In this document: piece by piece, positions 30,006-35,795 of the stretch
Numbering within the stretch: position 1 is the stretch's first letter
Layout: the number at the start of each line of letters is the position of its first letter
Sequence record: DRR378314_441
Length of the DNA stretch: 35,795 nt
Strand: one strand, 5' to 3'
The notes under the pieces: model-generated
Seen by the model: the letters and a program-made list of their open reading frames with translations, nothing else
Databases searched by the model: none
What the model was told of the DNA's origin: nothing
Translations under genes and position numbers: made by a program

Positions 30006-31403
30006 ATGGAAAAAGCTTCGAACCTTGATAGTAAAATGTATGTGCTAGATACCAACGTACTACTCCACGAACCTCTCGCCTATTTATCTTTTCAAGAGCA
30101 TGATGTTGTTATTCCTATGACGGTATTGGAAGAGCTAGATCACATCAAAGACCGCAAGCATGATGTTAGCCGTGATGCGCGGGTTGCGATTCGCGGACTC
30201 GATGACGTGTTAAGAGATGCAACACCAGAGCAAATGCTAAAAGGGGTTGCACTGCCAACGAACAAAAAAGCTAAGGTGTCTTCCTCTGGTACCTTGATTA
30301 TTGTTAATGATCACCTCTTTGCGGATTCAATCTCAGGGTTACCCGGCAACGAAAACGACCACCGCATAATTAATTGTGCCGTTCACCTACAAAAACAGCA
30401 CAGTGATGCCAAAGTTGTGCTTGTGACCAAAGACATAAATATGCGCTTAAAAGCAAAAGGCGCGGGTCTAAAGTTTGTTGAAGATTACCGAACTGATCAA
30501 CTTATTGATGATATAGAGTTATTAAGCACTGGCTATAAAAAAGTTGAAGGCGATTTTTGGCAACATGTGGGTGAATGTGAAACACAGCAACAAGGTCGAG
30601 ATACGTTTCATAAAGTCGCTAAAAGCTTAATACCTGACGTATTTTGTAATGAATACTTGCTGGATGACAGTGGTCATTTTGCTGCGCGTGTTAAATCTTA
30701 TGATGATGACAATATCATGCTCAAAGACATGGGAGTTGAGCGTTTAATGCATCAATCAGCCTGGGGGGTTAAGCCTAAAAATATATACCAAGGCATGGCG
30801 TTGGATGCATTATTAGATCCCAATATTGAACTCGTTATATTAACCGGTCCTGCGGGGTGTGGTAAAACCTTACTCGCGCTTGCCAGCGCTCTTGAAATGA
30901 TCATTGAAAAAGGCATTTACGATAAAGTCATTGTGACTCGTAATACGCCTGAGATAGCAGAATCTATTGGCTTTTTACCAGGCACCGAAGAAGAAAAAAT
31001 GGCGCCGTGGCTTGCTGCAATAACAGATACTTTAGAGGTGTTACATAAAGGGGACGAAAACCCAGTATCAAGTCGTAATTACATTATGGAAAAAGCAAAT
31101 GTGCAGTTTAAATCAGTCAACTTTATGCGTGGGCGCAGCATTCAAAACGCAGTGGTGATCCTTGATGAAAGCCAAAACTTAACAGCATCACAGCTCAAAA
31201 CCATCATTACTCGCTGTGGTGAAGGTACCAAGCTTATTTGTTCAGGTAACCTTGCACAAATAGACAGCAATTACTTAACCCCTGTAACATCAGGTTTAAC
31301 CTATATTGTGGAGCGTTTTAAAGATTTTGAAGGCAGTGCAACGGTGAACTTAAATGGCGTGGTCCGCAGTCGATTAGCCTCTTTTGCAGAAGAGAATTTA
31401 TAA
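30006..31403 (+). CDS. PIN-PhoH fusion protein (PhoH2/YlaK family)
   Basis: PIN: YVLDTNVLL, VLEELD, NDHRI, VTKDINMR; PhoH: GPAGCGKT, IGFLPG, FMRGRS, ILDESQN, QID. Confidence 0.9.
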   Translation: MEKASNLDSKMYVLDTNVLLHEPLAYLSFQEHDVVIPMTVLEELDHIKDRKHDVSRDARVAIRGLDDVLRDATPEQMLKGVALPTNKKAKVSSSGTLIIVNDHLFADSISGLPGNENDHRIINCAVHLQKQHSDAKVVLVTKDINMRLKAKGAGLKFVEDYRTDQLIDDIELLSTGYKKVEGDFWQHVGECETQQQGRDTFHKVAKSLIPDVFCNEYLLDDSGHFAARVKSYDDDNIMLKDMGVERLMHQSAWGVKPKNIYQGMALDALLDPNIELVILTGPAGCGKTLLALASALEMIIEKGIYDKVIVTRNTPEIAESIGFLPGTEEEKMAPWLAAITDTLEVLHKGDENPVSSRNYIMEKANVQFKSVNFMRGRSIQNAVVILDESQNLTASQLKTIITRCGEGTKLICSGNLAQIDSNYLTPVTSGLTYIVERFKDFEGSATVNLNGVVRSRLASFAEENL

Positions 31404-31444
31404 CTTGCGTCCGAGTGCTTGGCTCGATAGTCTAGAAAAGACTA

Positions 31445-34400
31445 TTGGGCCATACAACGGATTTTAGGTTGGACTTTTTACCCTTAAAACATTATTACCG
31501 CTCACTTGCCGTTGCTTTGGTTGTACCTTTACTTGTTGCCTTTCTTCTTTGCCTGCACCTTTATAACATCAAATTTGACCGAGCAATCGCACAGCGCCAA
31601 GCTGAATTTAATAATTTATCCGCTCAATTGGCGTATCGAATGGATGCAGCCGCAAATTTAGTGTCCACCTTATTAGCACAATACGAGCAACCGCTTTTTT
31701 ATCGGTTTGATCGTCAATGGCTAAATGATGTTAATCAATTTAATGACTACTACTACCGCAAAATACCCGGACAAGGTGGAGAAATTGTTGGACAAGGACG
31801 TTTTTCATCAAGTCCGCGCGCTATAGCCCAGTGGCAACAAGTTACTGCACTTGGGCCTGCATTTAATACCACTTTGTCGCTTATTCAGTCGTTATCGGCG
31901 GTCGCATATGTTAATGAGCAAGGTTTTGCTTATGTGAAGCGACGTAATGATAACGGGAGCTTTTTCCTTACACAGATACTGGATAACCAATTTAGACCTC
32001 AGTTTAGAGATAATATGCTCGCATCCAGCAAAATTATTCAACTGGATGATAAAACATACTTTGCTTTGGGGCAGCGACGAAGCTCGAATAGCAATGATTA
32101 TGTTATTTTAATTTATGATTTGCAGGCGGTATCTGCTTGGTTAGATAAAATTTCTTCGGATAGAGGGGAGTATATTTTTCTCACAGAGTCACGCCACGTT
32201 ATTGCCAGTTCTACACAGACAATACAATCAACACAACTTCTTAAGCATTACTGGTCTGAGGTTTTATTGACCGGTAGCGCTTTACAAGAGCAAAGTAATG
32301 ACAGTCAATTACTTCTTTTTCAACAACCACATACGCAACCAGTCACTTTAGGCTTTTATGAATCAAATGATCAATTAACAGCGCCTATTCGATATGAAGT
32401 ATTGATTGAGTTTGTTTTTCTTAGTTTATTTTTAGTGTCTATGTTCAGTGCTGTTTTTTGGTTAAGTCAACGTATATTTGTTAAACCCATTACCCATTTG
32501 ATGGCGTATCTTGAGCACAATGAAACGCAAAGTTCTGAGCCGTCACATTATCAAATACCTAAAAATTGGCAGCCTTGGTTTAGCAGGATAAAAAAAGTAT
32601 TCAATAAGAACGTGCAGTTGGTAGATTCATTGCAGCAAGCAAATACCGAGTTAGATTCGCAGGTAAAAATAAAAACGCGAGAACTTGCAAGAAGTTATGA
32701 AGCAAAAGAGCGTCACCTTGCTTTATTAAACACCATGTTAAACAGTGTGCCAGATCTAATTTACTTTAAGAATATTGATGGCTCATTTTTGGGTTGTAAT
32801 CGCGCGTACGAAAAATACATTGGTGTTGAACAGGGGCAATTGGTTGGCCTGCAACTATGTGATGTTAGCGATGACAGTGGAAAAATTAGCGAATTAGAGC
32901 AAGAGGTCCTTAGTAATAAAAGTCGTGCAGAGCAGCGTATTGAAAACGATAGTCATGTTTATCAACTGACCATATCGCCTTTTTATAATGAGCAAAATCA
33001 ATTATTAGGTTCGATGGCAATTGGCCGAGATATTACTGCGCAAGAATATGCGCTCAACGCCTTAAAAAGCTCTGAGTCAAAATTTAGAAGTGCTATAGAG
33101 TACGCCGCTAACGGCGTGGTATTACTTTCTTTAGAGTACACAATTCTTCAGTTAAATAGGGCCGCTAGAAAGTTATTTAATATTGATAAAAATGACTCAA
33201 AGCTACTTTTTAGTACGCTCTTTGCCAAGTCGCAGTGGCAACAAATAAACGCAACGCTAGCGCGCTTGCTGACAGAAAAACAGAAAGTTTATCACCTCAC
33301 TCTTGAACAAGAAGATAAGCAGAGGTGGTGGCAGTTAAGTATTTCGTTAGTGTGGGATGCGCAGCTAGCACCCTACTATTATACTATTCATATTCAAGAT
33401 ATTAGCGCACTGACACAAGCTAAACAGGATGCAGAGCGCGCGACTCAAGCGAAAAGTCGATTTATTGCAAATTTGAGCCATGAAATACGCACGCCATTAA
33501 ATGCTGTTACGGGCTTAATTGATATGGTGATGCAACAAGGCTTATCTGTACAACAGGTGCAGCATGCGAATCAGGCTAAAGATGCAGCGCAGAATTTATT
33601 GGTTATGCTTAATCGTATGTTGGACTTTGCCCGAGTGGAAAGTAATCAAGCACAGTTGCAGCTAAAACCATTTAACTTAGTAGAATTAGTGGATAGTTGT
33701 GAAAGCCTGCTGTTAGGTTTATGCCAAAATACACCGATAGCAGTTAATGTAGAGGTTGACCCCGCAATTGCTACCGAGTTGGTGGGGGATTATATTCTTT
33801 TACAACATGTACTTGGTAACTTAATAACGAATGCAGCTAAATTTACACATCAAGGGTCTATTACGTTAAAAATAGATAAAGTTGACGAGCAGGGAGGCTT
33901 ACAGACTCTTGCTTTTAACGTAATAGATACCGGCGTTGGAATTGATGATGCGGATCAAAAGCGGTTGTTTGATGCGTTTACACAGGGAGATGAATCGTTA
34001 ACCCGCCAGCACCAAGGTGTAGGTTTGGGACTGGCTATCGTTAAACATGAGCTTGCCCTCATGGGCGCTCAGATAGTGGTTAATAGTAGTAAAAACAATG
34101 GCAGTGAATTTTCTTTTAACGTTACTTTTAATAGCCTTGAAAATAACCAAGCAAGTCAAATTGATTGGTGTAATGCTTTAGTTATAGCTGATGCTGAAAA
34201 AAACAATGAGTTTAGTCAAGCCTGTAAACTATTATCATCAGGTATTCAGTTCAAAACGTTAACTCAAGTAAAGGCGAGCAGTGCAGTTTTAGATTACGAA
34301 TACATCATTATTAATGATTATGATTTAGCGCATTTATTAGCAATCCCATCCATTAAAGTGCAATTAAAAACATCGAAAACCCTTATTTATTCAATAAAAA

Positions 34401-35233
34401 ACAACCAGCAGATAACCACCGCAGAGGAAGAGTCAATTTGCATTATCAGTATAAAGCGCTCAGCCTTTATCCAGCGATTGGCCTCTCAACATGTTTCAAC
34501 TAAAAGCAATTCAGTCGAGCACGCCTCGCAAATAGAGCTTAGTGGTCTACTTGTTCTCGCTGTCGATGATAATCCGCTTAATCTCGATATTATTAGCAAT
34601 ATACTTTCTCAAGCAGGAATTAACGTATTACTTGCTACTAGTGCTAAAGAGGGGATTGAACTGGTTACAAAAGTAAAACCAGATCTGATCTTAATGGACG
34701 TACAAATGCCAGAGTTAGATGGTTTACAAGCAACACAGATTTTACGACAAAACTATACCTCACAGCAGTTACCTATTTTTGCGTTAACCGCTCATTGTGA
34801 AGCGGAGGATGAAGCCCGAGCAATTGCGGCTGGTATGAATAAGCATTTGACCAAACCTATAGTTGCCAATACGTTACTAGAGGCTATAAGTGCTGTAAAG
34901 ATTGGCAAGCCAGCATTTTTTGACGTGTCTTTTGCGCTATCTCAATTTGCTGGCGATAGCGAATTGTTACAAGTTATGTTGAATAAATTAGCTGATTTAT
35001 GTGAAAGTCATTTAGCAAACTTAGATAGTGAAAGGCCACCGGCAGACATAGAAAAAATTGTACATAATATTAAAGGTGTTACTGGAAATTTAGGCTTTGT
35101 TCGGTTATCTAAATTGGCACAGCGGTTAGAAATCACACTGAGAAAAACGTCAGAAGTTGACTATAATCTTTATAATGAGCTTATAATAGAGCTACAACAG
35201 GTCTATGCGTTTATTCAAGTAAGGAATATATAA
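31445..35233 (+). CDS. Hybrid sensor histidine kinase (periplasmic sensor, 2 PAS, HisKA, HATPase, REC, Hpt)
   Basis: Two TMs; PAS (PDLIYFK..DG.FLGCN); H-box LSHEIRTPLN; NLITNAAKFT, DTGVGI, GVGLGL; REC DLILMDVQMP...KP; Hpt VHNIKG. Start uncertain (TTG 31445 or TTG 31469). Confidence 0.9.
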   Translation: MGHTTDFRLDFLPLKHYYRSLAVALVVPLLVAFLLCLHLYNIKFDRAIAQRQAEFNNLSAQLAYRMDAAANLVSTLLAQYEQPLFYRFDRQWLNDVNQFNDYYYRKIPGQGGEIVGQGRFSSSPRAIAQWQQVTALGPAFNTTLSLIQSLSAVAYVNEQGFAYVKRRNDNGSFFLTQILDNQFRPQFRDNMLASSKIIQLDDKTYFALGQRRSSNSNDYVILIYDLQAVSAWLDKISSDRGEYIFLTESRHVIASSTQTIQSTQLLKHYWSEVLLTGSALQEQSNDSQLLLFQQPHTQPVTLGFYESNDQLTAPIRYEVLIEFVFLSLFLVSMFSAVFWLSQRIFVKPITHLMAYLEHNETQSSEPSHYQIPKNWQPWFSRIKKVFNKNVQLVDSLQQANTELDSQVKIKTRELARSYEAKERHLALLNTMLNSVPDLIYFKNIDGSFLGCNRAYEKYIGVEQGQLVGLQLCDVSDDSGKISELEQEVLSNKSRAEQRIENDSHVYQLTISPFYNEQNQLLGSMAIGRDITAQEYALNALKSSESKFRSAIEYAANGVVLLSLEYTILQLNRAARKLFNIDKNDSKLLFSTLFAKSQWQQINATLARLLTEKQKVYHLTLEQEDKQRWWQLSISLVWDAQLAPYYYTIHIQDISALTQAKQDAERATQAKSRFIANLSHEIRTPLNAVTGLIDMVMQQGLSVQQVQHANQAKDAAQNLLVMLNRMLDFARVESNQAQLQLKPFNLVELVDSCESLLLGLCQNTPIAVNVEVDPAIATELVGDYILLQHVLGNLITNAAKFTHQGSITLKIDKVDEQGGLQTLAFNVIDTGVGIDDADQKRLFDAFTQGDESLTRQHQGVGLGLAIVKHELALMGAQIVVNSSKNNGSEFSFNVTFNSLENNQASQIDWCNALVIADAEKNNEFSQACKLLSSGIQFKTLTQVKASSAVLDYEYIIINDYDLAHLLAIPSIKVQLKTSKTLIYSIKNNQQITTAEEESICIISIKRSAFIQRLASQHVSTKSNSVEHASQIELSGLLVLAVDDNPLNLDIISNILSQAGINVLLATSAKEGIELVTKVKPDLILMDVQMPELDGLQATQILRQNYTSQQLPIFALTAHCEAEDEARAIAAGMNKHLTKPIVANTLLEAISAVKIGKPAFFDVSFALSQFAGDSELLQVMLNKLADLCESHLANLDSERPPADIEKIVHNIKGVTGNLGFVRLSKLAQRLEITLRKTSEVDYNLYNELIIELQQVYAFIQVRNI

Positions 35234-35234
35234 C

Positions 35235-35795
35235 ATGTTGAAAAAAGCGAAAATACTCATCGTTGATGATGCTCCGCTTAATCGGTTAATATTAGAAAGA
35301 ACGCTGGCCAATGAATACGACGTATTTTCTCAAGAGAATGGTGAAAAGGCGCTTAACTTTTTAAAATCTAATACTGTTGATCTGATTATACTTGATATTG
35401 TTATGCCGGGTTTAAATGGGTATGAAGTGTTGGGTCGATTAAAAGAAGATCAAGCCACGCAAGCTATACCTGTTATTTTTATTTCTGCTAATACCAGTCA
35501 TGATGATGAAGCAAAAGGGTTTGAGTTAGGTGCCATGGACTACATAACAAAACCTTTTAGTACCGTTGTTGTGAAAGCCAGAGTAAAGAACCAATTGTTG
35601 ATTAAGCAAAAAAACGATTTGTTAGAAATGCTGGTTGCTATTGATGGCTTAACGGAGATCCCAAATAGGCGGTTTTTAGACGAAACACTTAGCAGTGAGT
35701 GGCGTCGCAGTGTCAGAAATCATACACCATTGTCAGTTATTATAGCCGACATAGATCACTTTAAACGTTATAACGACCACTATGGCCATAGGGCT
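35235..35795 (+). CDS. Response regulator diguanylate cyclase (REC-GGDEF), truncated by the window end
   Basis: Manual translation: MLKKAKILIVDD...DLIILDIVMPG...DYITKPF...DGLTEIPNRR...DIDHFKRYNDHYGH; absent from the ORF track because no stop codon lies in the window. Confidence 0.9.
   Translation, partial: MLKKAKILIVDDAPLNRLILERTLANEYDVFSQENGEKALNFLKSNTVDLIILDIVMPGLNGYEVLGRLKEDQATQAIPVIFISANTSHDDEAKGFELGAMDYITKPFSTVVVKARVKNQLLIKQKNDLLEMLVAIDGLTEIPNRRFLDETLSSEWRRSVRNHTPLSVIIADIDHFKRYNDHYGHRA

Noticed and set aside
31445-35233. Kinase as the BarA/GacS partner of the csrB locus
   Set aside because: It has two PAS domains, is larger than BarA, and is paired with its own REC-GGDEF gene

Overview
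AT-rich gammaproteobacterial chromosomal segment. Gene content and order suggest Pseudoalteromonas or another Alteromonadales (inference). It is mostly core genome: tapT/yfiP, an fbpABC-like Fe3+ ABC operon with a Fur box followed by a DyP-family gene, argR, mdh, ispB, rplU-rpmA, obgE, folA, a DUF3718-like protein, an MCP, lptD-surA-pdxA-rsmA-apaG-apaH, amgK-murU-djlA, a DUF3530-like protein, rluA, a ParDE-type toxin-antitoxin pair, rapA, a PIN-PhoH protein, a hybrid sensor kinase and a REC-GGDEF gene cut by the window edge. The ORF track misses several features. (1) A ~485-nt CsrB-family sRNA on the minus strand has ~23 GGA motifs, a terminator, a -10 element, an IHF site and a UvrY/GacA box, and lies back-to-back with the iron operon. 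(2) The DyP homolog keeps the proximal His but lacks both distal catalytic residues. (3) A near-consensus sigma28 promoter precedes the DUF3530-like gene. (4) There are several short hairpin/MITE-like remnants and candidate operators. No CRISPR, rRNA, tRNA or transposase was seen.
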